Assembly (NCBI GenBank): GCA_044451405.1
Contig: JBIOKB010000016.1
Location: 1-24,116, forward strand
Length of the DNA stretch: 24,116 nucleotides
Reading direction: 5' to 3'
DNA from: Candidatus Babeliales bacterium
Lineage (GTDB): Bacteria; Babelota; Babeliae; Babelales; Vermiphilaceae
Shown here: positions 7,844 to 15,454 of the stretch, in pieces
Layout of the letters: the number at the start of each line of letters is the position of its first letter
How positions within the stretch are numbered: position 1 is the first letter of the stretch
The notes under the pieces: generated by a model
What the model saw: only the letters and a program-made list of their open reading frames with translations
Told to the model about the DNA's origin: nothing
The model's database searches: none
Program-made: the position numbers and the translations under genes

Positions 7844-9242
7844 ATGAAAAAGGGATTGCTCGCGAGCTATGTTTACGGCATAACTGACGTTGCGCATGGG
7901 GAGAGTTATAACCGCATTATTCGTTATTTTATACCCGAATTTATTACCGCATTTTTATTATATTCATTACCGTTTTTACTTGATGCCTATTTTATTGGCC
8001 ATTTAAAATCTACGACTACGTACGGAACGTTGGGAGCTACCAATAATCTCATTCATTTTATTATTAAACTGTCTGAAGGCTTTGCAGTCAGCACCGTTAT
8101 ATTAAGTGGTCGCTTTAGTGGTATGGGTGAATTTAAACAGTCAGGTAAAATATTACGCGATTCATTTTGGGTTACCTTTATATTAGGTTTCTTTATTGCT
8201 ACAACGCTCTATTTTGGCGCGCACTGGATTTACACTTTGTATGTTCCTGAGGAAATGGTTGCTATTGGCGTTCCCTTTTTACGGTTGCGCGCTATCAGTA
8301 TCTTCCTCATGTTTATTTCGCTCGCCTTTGTTGGATTTTTACGCGGTGTTAAAAATACTAAATTTCCTATGTTTGCCTTTATTGCAGGTATTACCGTATT
8401 TATCTTTTTTGATTATGCGCTGATTTTTGGTGAGTTCGGCTTTTCCCCGATGGGGCTTCAAGGATCAGCCATTGCATCAATTCTGCAATATGCGGTTATG
8501 GGTTTTCATGCTTGGTGCGTATGTATTGTATACCCGACGGTATAAGAAGTATGAAATTAGCTTATTATCGGTTTTTACAGAAAAAACTGCTTATAAAGAT
8601 ATTTTACGTTTAAGTTTCCCCGTTATTTTAGATAAAGCAGCCCTTGCTTTTGCATACATTTGGTTATGCGCCATGATTAAACCATTAGGTACGGCAGGAG
8701 TTGCAACCTTTGCGGTACTTAAAGATATGGAGCGGTTTGCCTTAGTTCCTGCTATTGCATGCGCACAAATTATTACCTTTTTAGTCAGTAATGATCTTGG
8801 TATTCAAAATTGGGAAGGCATTAAAAGTAATATTAAAAAGGTGGTTTTTTTAGCTTCCATTATGGTGTTTGCTATCTTAGCGGTGTTTATTTGTTATACC
8901 TCTTCTATTGTGCAGTGTTTTGATAGAAATTGTGAATTTACTGACCTTGCTTCCCGTGTGTTTCCCATCATTAGCGTATTAGTGTTTTTTGATCTGTTGC
9001 AACTGGTGTTATCGGGCGCGTTGCGTGGTGCGGGGAATGTAAAGCTAGTTATGACGGTTCGGCTCCTGGTATGCGGGTTTTATTTTTTACCTATTTCTTA
9101 TATACTTTCCCAATTACCTATTGAGGATACGACGCTTAAATTAGTATTGATTTATGGCTCATTTTATATAGGCAATGCGCTGATGAGTATTGTGTATATA
9201 AACAGGTTCCGCAGTGAAGATTGGAAGACAGCATCACATTGA
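7844..9242 (+). pseudogene. MATE family efflux transporter split by a single +1 frameshift near 8500-8506
   Basis: ORFs 7844-8545 and 8427-9242 are the N- and C-halves of one MATE protein (FLRGVKNTK, MGLQGSAIAS; LRGAGNVK). Removing one base from ATGGGTTTTCATG gives one 465-aa frame. Confidence 0.85.
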
Positions 9243-9258
9243 GAATTTAAAGGTTATT

Positions 9259-9546
9259 ATGGCAAAAATTTCACGCGATGAAGTTGTTAAAATTGCACGT
9301 ATTTCAAATATCGCGCTTCATGAACAGGAAATTGATGCAGTTGTTGCACAGTTAGAGCAGGTATTAAGTTATGCAGAACGGGTTATTGAAATTGCAGATA
9401 AGGGAAATGCAGAAGCTATAGCGCGCCCGCACAACATTTTCCGTCAAGATGTAGCAATCCCGACGCCTACACAGCCTATTTTAGCGCAAGCCCCAGAACG
9501 TGAAGAACGCTACTTTGTCGTACCAAAAATTTTAGAAAATGCTTAA
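9259..9546 (+). CDS. gatC: Asp/Glu-tRNA amidotransferase subunit C
   Basis: MAKISRDEVVKIARISNI...FRQD...QAPE...YFVVPKIL, directly upstream of gatA. Start moved to ATG 9259 (95 aa). Confidence 0.93.
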   Translation: MAKISRDEVVKIARISNIALHEQEIDAVVAQLEQVLSYAERVIEIADKGNAEAIARPHNIFRQDVAIPTPTQPILAQAPEREERYFVVPKILENA

Positions 9547-9550
9547 CAAC

Positions 9551-9583
9551 CCGTTCGCCCTGAGCTTGTCGAAGGGTGCGAAC
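9551..9583. repeat. REP-like palindromic element
   Basis: CCGTTCGCCCTGAGCTTGTCGAAGGGTGCGAAC: GTTCGC/GCGAAC arms with an inner CCT/AGG pair. From memory, it matches the widespread CCTGAGCTTGTCGAAGG intergenic repeat type. Confidence 0.7.
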
Positions 9584-9597
9584 TCCCAAAGAAAACT

Positions 9598-11040
9598 ATG
9601 AACACACTCGCCTTTGCTACCATTTCCGAATTAAAACACAAATTACACACGCGTGAAATTTCATCTGCCGAGCTTCTTAAATTTTATCTTGACCGTTTTG
9701 CACAGCATGATGAACGTATTGGGTCAGCGCTTGAAACCTTTGATGCGCACTCTATTCTCAATGCTTCTCGTGATACGGGCATCCTTGCAGGTATTCCTGG
9801 CATAATAAAAGACAATATTGCGCAACAAGGGCGCGCATTAACCTGTGCATCCAAGATATTAAAAGGTTTTGTATCTACGTATGATGCAACGGCAATAGCT
9901 CGCTTAAAACAAGAAGGGGCGCTGTTGCTCGGACGCGCTAACATGGACGAATTTGCCATGGGAAGTTCAACTGAAACTTCAGCATACAAAAAGACGGTTA
10001 ATCCGTGGGATCACAGTCGCGTTCCTGGTGGTTCAAGTGGCGGATCAATAGCAGCGGTAGCAGCAGGGTTTGTACCCTGGGCGTTGGGATCTGAAACAGG
10101 GGGATCTGTGCGCCAACCAGCCGCATTTTGTGGTGTTGTTGGCTTTAAACCTACATATGGACTTATATCGCGCTATGGTCTTGTTGCCTATGGTTCTTCA
10201 CTTGATCAAATTGGCATAGCAACGCGTACGGTTAAAGATACCGCCATTGTACTTTCTGCTATTGCAGGGCACGATGCACATGATATGACCAGTGTGCCGG
10301 TTGAGAAAAAAGATTATACCGCATCGTTACAGGGCAAAATACCCGCAGGGCTTACCCTTGGTGTTGTTGAAAATGCGCTTTATGCACACGGTATGGATCC
10401 AGAAATTGTCAAAGCTATAGAAGATGCAATTCAGGTTCTTACCACATTAGGAGCGCAGGTAAAACGTATTACCTTACCCACGCTTGATTATAGTGCGGCA
10501 ACCTATTTCATTGTCAGCCGGGCTGAAGCAGCGTCTAACTTAGCCCGTTTTGATGGCGTACGGTATGGATTGCGCGCAAAAACAAAAACTTTAGGTGATA
10601 TGTATGCACAAACGCGGCATGATGGTTTTGGTCCTGAAGTAAGAAAGCGCATTTTAGTAGGAAATTACGTATTATCTGCTGGTCATGCGGCCCAGTTTTA
10701 TATAAATGCAAAAAAAGTTCAGCAATTAATGGCCCAAGAATTCACGCACGCATTTGCTGATGTAGATCTCTTGGTAATGCCAACGCATCCTATTCCTGCC
10801 TTTAAGTTTGGTGCTTTTGATGTAGACCCGTTACAAATGGATCTGCAAGATTATTTCACCTGCACAGCAAATCTTATAGGCGTTCCAGCAATCTCAATTC
10901 CGTGTGGGTTTACCGCAAATTCATTACCTATTGGATTCCAATTAGTTGCTCCCCATTTAGCAGAAGAGATGCTATTGAGTGTTGCCCATGCGTATGAACA
11001 AGAAACGCCGTGGCATACTATGCACCCCTCTTCGCTCTAG
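9598..11040 (+). CDS. gatA: Asp/Glu-tRNA amidotransferase subunit A
   Basis: Amidase signature IKDNI, NMDEFAMGSSTE, PGGSSGGS, GSETGGSVRQPA; GatA-typical SNLARFDGVRYG and GFGPEVRKRILVG. Confidence 0.97.
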   Translation: MNTLAFATISELKHKLHTREISSAELLKFYLDRFAQHDERIGSALETFDAHSILNASRDTGILAGIPGIIKDNIAQQGRALTCASKILKGFVSTYDATAIARLKQEGALLLGRANMDEFAMGSSTETSAYKKTVNPWDHSRVPGGSSGGSIAAVAAGFVPWALGSETGGSVRQPAAFCGVVGFKPTYGLISRYGLVAYGSSLDQIGIATRTVKDTAIVLSAIAGHDAHDMTSVPVEKKDYTASLQGKIPAGLTLGVVENALYAHGMDPEIVKAIEDAIQVLTTLGAQVKRITLPTLDYSAATYFIVSRAEAASNLARFDGVRYGLRAKTKTLGDMYAQTRHDGFGPEVRKRILVGNYVLSAGHAAQFYINAKKVQQLMAQEFTHAFADVDLLVMPTHPIPAFKFGAFDVDPLQMDLQDYFTCTANLIGVPAISIPCGFTANSLPIGFQLVAPHLAEEMLLSVAHAYEQETPWHTMHPSSL

Positions 11041-11050
11041 GGAATTGCTT

Positions 11051-11076
11051 TGTAGTTTAATCAAGCTACGCCGGGC
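11051..11076. repeat. Degenerate partial copy of the element next to tRNA-Val; small hairpin after gatA
   Basis: CAAGCTACGCCGGGC (11062-11076) is a 14/15 inverted match to GCCAGGCGTAGCTTG (14247-14261). Confidence 0.4.
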
Positions 11077-11117
11077 TCCATCCTCTTGTTTAGGGAAGAC
11101 TGACAAAGTAAGATCCC

Positions 11118-11147
11118 TTGCGCCTATCTCCCTCTCCTTATTATACT
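11118..11147 (+). promoter_or_regulatory. Putative sigma70 promoter of the PAP2 gene
   Basis: TTGCGC-18 nt-TATACT upstream of SD GGAGG. Confidence 0.35.
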
Positions 11148-11185
11148 AATAGAATTGAAGAGGTACTTCATGCAGAGATGGAGGG

Positions 11186-12055
11186 ATGGTGGAACGGGAA
11201 CGCATACATCAAAGATTATTTCACGTTTTTTTGATTGTGCTGATGCTCAGTTGCAGCTACATATTGGGTACTCTTCAAGAACAAGAACAGTTTTTAAATC
11301 ATGATCAGTATCATAATCATCAGATGACAAAGCCTGCCCATGCGGTAGTAACGGTATTGCGTGATGCAGGTAATTCTATTAAGCATCTGTTTGATTGGGA
11401 CTCATTTAAGATATTTGTAGGTACGTTTCCCTTTTTTGCCATCGGTTCTATGGTTGATAATTCAGTGCAATCCTGTTTTTATACGCGCTGGTGTCATAAA
11501 AATCGTAATCAATGGCCTCAAGTAATACATGGATTATCTCAGTATGGATTTGTATTTCCCGTATTTCTCGGCTTTAGTTGCATGCTTGCAGCCCATGACA
11601 TTGATGTGCGGTACACAAGCCAAATATTTTTAACAGATATTCCCCTGGTAATGCTTACGTCAGATTTAATAAAAAGAACCGAATTTAATCATGGATTTTT
11701 ACGTCCGTGGTGTGAACGGTTTAGTAGCGTACAGCGTGCGTATGGTGGATTTCCCTCAGGACACGTTGCGTTAATGTCCTATGCAGCCTTTTCCTATGGA
11801 TTGCGTTTTGGTCCAAAATGGGGCGTACCCTTAGGCGCCTTTGCGGTACTTATTGGTGCTGCTTTTATTAATTGTAACCGCCACTATACATCCCAAGTTA
11901 TTGCCGGTGGTGCGCTTGGTGCATTTTGGGGTTTTGCATTGAGCAAGGCGGTAGATGATAAGCTTGCTCGCCACTTAGAAGAAAAAAATATTTCACTTGC
12001 CTTTTCTATGGGCAAGGGTGGCAAACCAACGGTTAAAGTTTCCTATGCATTCTAA
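11186..12055 (+). CDS. PAP2 family phosphatase-like membrane protein
   Basis: K...RP, FPSGH and RHYTSQVIAGG motifs; several hydrophobic segments. Confidence 0.85.
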   Translation: MVERERIHQRLFHVFLIVLMLSCSYILGTLQEQEQFLNHDQYHNHQMTKPAHAVVTVLRDAGNSIKHLFDWDSFKIFVGTFPFFAIGSMVDNSVQSCFYTRWCHKNRNQWPQVIHGLSQYGFVFPVFLGFSCMLAAHDIDVRYTSQIFLTDIPLVMLTSDLIKRTEFNHGFLRPWCERFSSVQRAYGGFPSGHVALMSYAAFSYGLRFGPKWGVPLGAFAVLIGAAFINCNRHYTSQVIAGGALGAFWGFALSKAVDDKLARHLEEKNISLAFSMGKGGKPTVKVSYAF

Positions 12056-12136
12056 TTGGTTATAAATACTTGTAAGATCTCTAGGTGCGTAGTACCCTAT
12101 CGCTCATATTTAAATCTTACATAAGCTAGGTATCAC

Positions 12137-12925
12137 ATGAAATGGCGCATAGTGTTATACATGAGTATGGGGATATTACTTATCGGCATGGGTGCCCGTA
12201 CTACGCTATCTTTATATTCAGCAGAGCAGCTATCGGCATATCTTATGTATCCGGTGTTAGTAACACAACAGCATGTGGTTACGCCAATTAAAAATTTCTT
12301 TGCTGAAAAACAAACAGTACATACATTACAACAAGAAGTTACGTTACTACAAAAAGAGCGTGATGCATTGCTTGCTCAAACTATAGAACTTAAATCATTA
12401 CTTTACTATTCCGATGAGATTAAAGAATTGGTGGACTTCAAAAAGCAGTATGAATACGAAGATGCGCTGCTAGTACCAGTGCTTGTGCGTAATATGTCCG
12501 ATCAATCCCACTTTTTCCTGGTTGATGGTGGAGAAAATAAAGGGATTGAAAAGAATATGATCGCAGTCTATAGCAATGGCCTTATTGGTAAAGTGGAGGA
12601 AGTGTACCCACAGTATAGCAAAGTGGTATTAATTACCGATCGGTTATGCAAAGTTGCAGCCACCTGCATTGCAACCAATACCTGTGGCATTTATGAAGGA
12701 TGCAATGATGAACGTGTCGGACTATTAAATCGCGTAAGCCATTTAGATACGGTGCAAGAAGGGGATCTTGTTATCTCAAGCGGACAGGGGTTAGTGTTTC
12801 CGCGCGGCTTTGCATTAGGAACCATCAAAAAATATACCCAAGATGGTCTTACCTATCATGTTGAATTAGAACCGCTCTTTGATCTTGCTTCCCTTAATTA
12901 CTGTTTTATCTTGGCTAAAAGATAG
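12137..12925 (+). CDS. mreC: Rod shape-determining protein MreC
   Basis: N-terminal TM helix, coiled coil, VDGGENKGI, GLIGKV, VVLITD, GDLVISSG.GLVFPRG. Confidence 0.92.
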   Translation: MKWRIVLYMSMGILLIGMGARTTLSLYSAEQLSAYLMYPVLVTQQHVVTPIKNFFAEKQTVHTLQQEVTLLQKERDALLAQTIELKSLLYYSDEIKELVDFKKQYEYEDALLVPVLVRNMSDQSHFFLVDGGENKGIEKNMIAVYSNGLIGKVEEVYPQYSKVVLITDRLCKVAATCIATNTCGIYEGCNDERVGLLNRVSHLDTVQEGDLVISSGQGLVFPRGFALGTIKKYTQDGLTYHVELEPLFDLASLNYCFILAKR

Positions 12926-12929
12926 AGGT

Positions 12930-13829
12930 TTAATACACCTTATTACTGTATCGCGTCTCAATCTGCGCACATAGTGCATTGGTAACATGGGACATTAATG
13001 ATTCTTGTGTATCATCTTCTGATTTAAATATGTTTGTCCAGTTATATGGTTGTGGTGCATATACCCATTCAATATCGCCTTCAATGAGTGCTTTTTCTTT
13101 AATAGAAGCGGTGGCAGTATGCAGTGACCCTAACGTATCAACAAGGCCAATTTTTTGTGCTTGGCGTGCAGAAAATACTTTTCCTTCAGCCCATTTCTCT
13201 TTATCAGCAACTGAAACACCACGAGTTTTTGCAATATCTTCTACGAATTGTTGGTACATGTCTTGAGTCATTTCTTGGAGGAGTTCCCGTTCTTGTGGTG
13301 TCATTGGAACAAACGGGTCGCCCGCTGATTTGTAGGTGCCAGCTTTTATCGGTTCATAATGGATCTTAAATTGTTCAATAAAATCTTTCAGTTGAAAGAG
13401 GTAGGGCATGTAGGCCCCAATGCTCCCAATGATAGCAGTACCAGGAGCAGTAATATGATCAGCAGCGCTTGCAATATAATAGCCGCCTGATGCGCATACA
13501 TTTTCTACCAATACTTCAACATGTTTAGGATGTTCTTTTTTAAGCATGTGTATTTCATGGTGAATTGCCTGAGCAGTTGCCGCAGCGCTACCAGGACACT
13601 CAACTTTAAGTAAGATTGCCTTGATTTCAGGGTCTTTAAAAAAGGTGTTTAACTGTTTTACGTAATAGGAAGAATCAACAATCATTCCCTTAATGGGCAG
13701 CACGCCGACCTGTGTTTTTGGTTCAAGGTAGGCTTGATACTGTTTTTTAATATTTTTAATAAGTGGCGGTGCGAAATTGATCATGATAAGCAACAAAAAG
13801 ATGGTTTTTAACACATTAAAAAATGACAT
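12930..13829 (-). CDS. sppA: Signal peptide peptidase SppA (S49, short type)
   Basis: CASGGYYIASAAD, GSIG, KAGTYKSAG, FVEDIAKTRG, GLVD. Start moved to ATG 13829 (SD GGAGG). Confidence 0.92.
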   Translation of the reverse strand: MSFFNVLKTIFLLLIMINFAPPLIKNIKKQYQAYLEPKTQVGVLPIKGMIVDSSYYVKQLNTFFKDPEIKAILLKVECPGSAAATAQAIHHEIHMLKKEHPKHVEVLVENVCASGGYYIASAADHITAPGTAIIGSIGAYMPYLFQLKDFIEQFKIHYEPIKAGTYKSAGDPFVPMTPQERELLQEMTQDMYQQFVEDIAKTRGVSVADKEKWAEGKVFSARQAQKIGLVDTLGSLHTATASIKEKALIEGDIEWVYAPQPYNWTNIFKSEDDTQESLMSHVTNALCAQIETRYSNKVY

Positions 13830-13985
13830 GGCGCCTCCGCTATTGGTGCGCGTAAAGCGCACTATTTTTGTTCATGGATGGGATAGATATTAATAACAGC
13901 ACAGAGCCTATAGTAAAAAAGGTAAATTATGAAGATGGGATCGAATAAAGAGATTGGCTTGCCGGTCATTTCCTTCAGAAATAAC

Positions 13986-14062
13986 TGGCGGAGCTGACGA
14001 GGCTCGAACTCGCGACCTTCCGCGTGACAGGCGGACGCTCTGACCAACTGAGCTACAGCTCC
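13986..14062 (-). tRNA. tRNA-Asp(GTC)
   Basis: GGAGCTGTAGCTCAGTTGGTCAGAGCG-TCCGC-CTGTCAC-GCGGA...GTTCGAG...CAGCTCCGCCA; 77 nt, CCA encoded. Confidence 0.97.
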
Positions 14063-14076
14063 ATACCAAATTTAGA

Positions 14077-14151
14077 TGGCTCCTCGGGCAGGAATCGAAC
14101 CTGCGACCTAACGATTAACAGTCGTGTGCTCTACCGCTGAGCTACCGAGGA
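14077..14151 (-). tRNA. tRNA-Asn(GTT)
   Basis: TCCTCGGTAGCTCAGCGGTAGAGCA...CTGTTAA...GGTTCGATTCC...CCGAGGAGCCA; 75 nt. Confidence 0.97.
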
Positions 14152-14165
14152 ATTCTGATCTGATT

Positions 14166-14196
14166 AAAAAAACCCGCATATTATATATATGCAGGG
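14166..14196 (-). terminator. Possible intrinsic terminator between tRNA-Val and tRNA-Asn
   Basis: Minus strand CCC(T)GCATAT-loop-ATATGCGGG followed by T7. Confidence 0.5.
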
Positions 14197-14231
14197 AAGT
14201 TTTCACTTTTTAGTTACGTATGTCAACCCTT

Positions 14232-14295
14232 AAAAAGGCTGGCGCAGCCAGGCGTAGCTTGCCGAGCCTGAATGGCCCGGATAAGCGAAGACTGG
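14232..14295 (-). repeat. Structured REP-like element overlapping the tRNA-Val CCA end, with a terminator-like hairpin
   Basis: Minus strand CCAG-TCTTC-GCTT-AT-CCGGGCC-ATTCA-GGCTCGG-C-AAGC-TACGC-CTGG, overlapping GGCTG-CGC-CAGCC-TTTTT. Confidence 0.55.
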
Positions 14296-14368
14296 TGGGC
14301 GGTACAGGACTCGAACCTGTGACCCCCAGTTTGTAAGACTGATGCTCTACCAACTGAGCTAACCGCCC
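14293..14368 (-). tRNA. tRNA-Val(TAC)
   Basis: GGGCGGTTAGCTCAGTTGGTAGAGCA-TCAGT-CTTACAA-ACTGG...GGTTCGAGTCC...ACCGCCCACCA; 76 nt. Confidence 0.97.
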
Positions 14369-14399
14369 TCATGTTCGTTAATTTCAAGGGAACGTTGAA

Positions 14400-14428
14400 A
14401 TTGTATTGTAAAAGCAGCTGAAAGTCAA
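14400..14428 (-). promoter_or_regulatory. Sigma70 promoter of tRNA-Val
   Basis: Minus strand TTGACT-17 nt-TACAAT, about 30 nt upstream of the tRNA. Confidence 0.65.
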
Positions 14429-14441
14429 AGTAGTTTATGCA

Positions 14442-14485
14442 CAAAACAGAAATCGCTATGAGGGGATTTTAAGCTCACAGCGATT
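14442..14485 (-). terminator. Intrinsic terminator downstream of the 14551-15054 gene
   Basis: Minus strand 12-bp stem AATCGCTGTGAG/CTCATAGCGATT (one G:U), then TCTGTTTT. Confidence 0.55.
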
Positions 14486-14550
14486 ATTCTAAAAGTTCTT
14501 ACTTTAGCTGCCAATCTTAAGCCGCTTCCTATTAATATTTTGGTTATTTT

Positions 14551-15054
14551 CTAATGGGTAAAGTATTCGCCTGTTAGTATTCCAATTGGACATGGAAGTA
14601 AGAATCTGTTTAAAAAGACCAATATATTTTGTCTTACAGAACGTTCTTTTTTCTTTTTGAGGAGATATTTATCGGTCCATTGGGGTGTTTTATACACGAC
14701 GTATAGTCCGGCTAACATGCTTAAAGCTGCAGGAATGGCTCGTACACCAAAAAGAATGTTATAATTTGTGCATCTGAGTTCTTTGGGAGTTAGCCCTATT
14801 TGATATGATATCCAATCAGCAGTACCCGTCTTTGCAACGGCATCTCCAATTATTATACCTGTAACCGTACTAGTGAGAAATACCAGGTGCGCAGCTAATC
14901 CAGTAATAAGGTGTGAGGTATAATGGTTTGCAGAGAGTTGTTCTGTTTTTTGCTGGAGTTCAGGGGTAGTTTCTGTTTGCTGAGGGTGCAGTAAAGCAGG
15001 AGCAGATAAGGCAAATATAATAATGTATTTCATAATAGAATCATATTGAGGCAT
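14551..15054 (-). CDS. Hypothetical membrane protein
   Basis: 167 aa with a signal-like N-terminus and 2-3 hydrophobic segments. SD AGGA before ATG 15054; alternative ATG at 15033. Confidence 0.7.
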   Translation of the reverse strand: MPQYDSIMKYIIIFALSAPALLHPQQTETTPELQQKTEQLSANHYTSHLITGLAAHLVFLTSTVTGIIIGDAVAKTGTADWISYQIGLTPKELRCTNYNILFGVRAIPAALSMLAGLYVVYKTPQWTDKYLLKKKKERSVRQNILVFLNRFLLPCPIGILTGEYFTH

Positions 15055-15227
15055 TATAAAAATCCTAAGAATAATGGATAAAAAAGCTACTAAAAATCAT
15101 TGTAATAGCCCATTATTTTATGTCTAGGTGATTGAAAGGAATATTACGATTTATGATGAGATTTTAGGTTTAAAATATTTCTTAATATTCTCTACAATCT
15201 TTGACGAATCAGTCCATCGAAGATACC

Positions 15228-15274
15228 GCGCACCATAGATACCATTAATTCCTATAATGGTATCTATGGTGCGC
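15228..15274. repeat. Perfect 20-bp inverted repeat with 7-nt spacer
   Basis: GCGCACCATAGATACCATTA-ATTCCTA-TAATGGTATCTATGGTGCGC. Confidence 0.95.
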
Positions 15275-15406
15275 CTATAGCTGGCGGCCTTGGTGAAGTA
15301 CACGGTAATACAAATGCAAGAAGCTCTCTGTGATTATTCTAATTGAATTAAATGTATTAATTTTGCTTTTTATTCGCAGGTTTAAACAGTCCTGCAAAAT
15401 AATACA

Positions 15407-15434
15407 TTGACATAATGGGTCACATGCCTACTAT
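15407..15434 (+). promoter_or_regulatory. Sigma70 promoter of the AAA ATPase gene cluster
   Basis: TTGACA-16 nt-TACTAT. Confidence 0.6.
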
Positions 15435-15454
15435 TAAATTTATAATCATTTTTA

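Noticed and set aside
8500..8506. G GGT TTT as a canonical -1 slippery heptamer
   Set aside because: The downstream MATE half is in the +1 frame. A -1 shift reaches a stop within about 40 codons.
9259..11040. gatB missing from the gatC-gatA pair
   Set aside because: Separation of gatB from gatCA is common, and absence from the genome cannot be judged from one window.
13862..14444. ORFs 13862-14047 and 14223-14444
   Set aside because: Spurious frames running through tRNA genes.
15228..15274. CRISPR repeat or retron msDNA
   Set aside because: Single copy, no spacers, and no cas or reverse transcriptase gene in the window.
15151..15303. 50-aa minus-strand ORF (GTG start) through the 20-bp inverted repeat
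   Set aside because: No SD and no recognisable similarity. It may be a remnant but cannot be supported.
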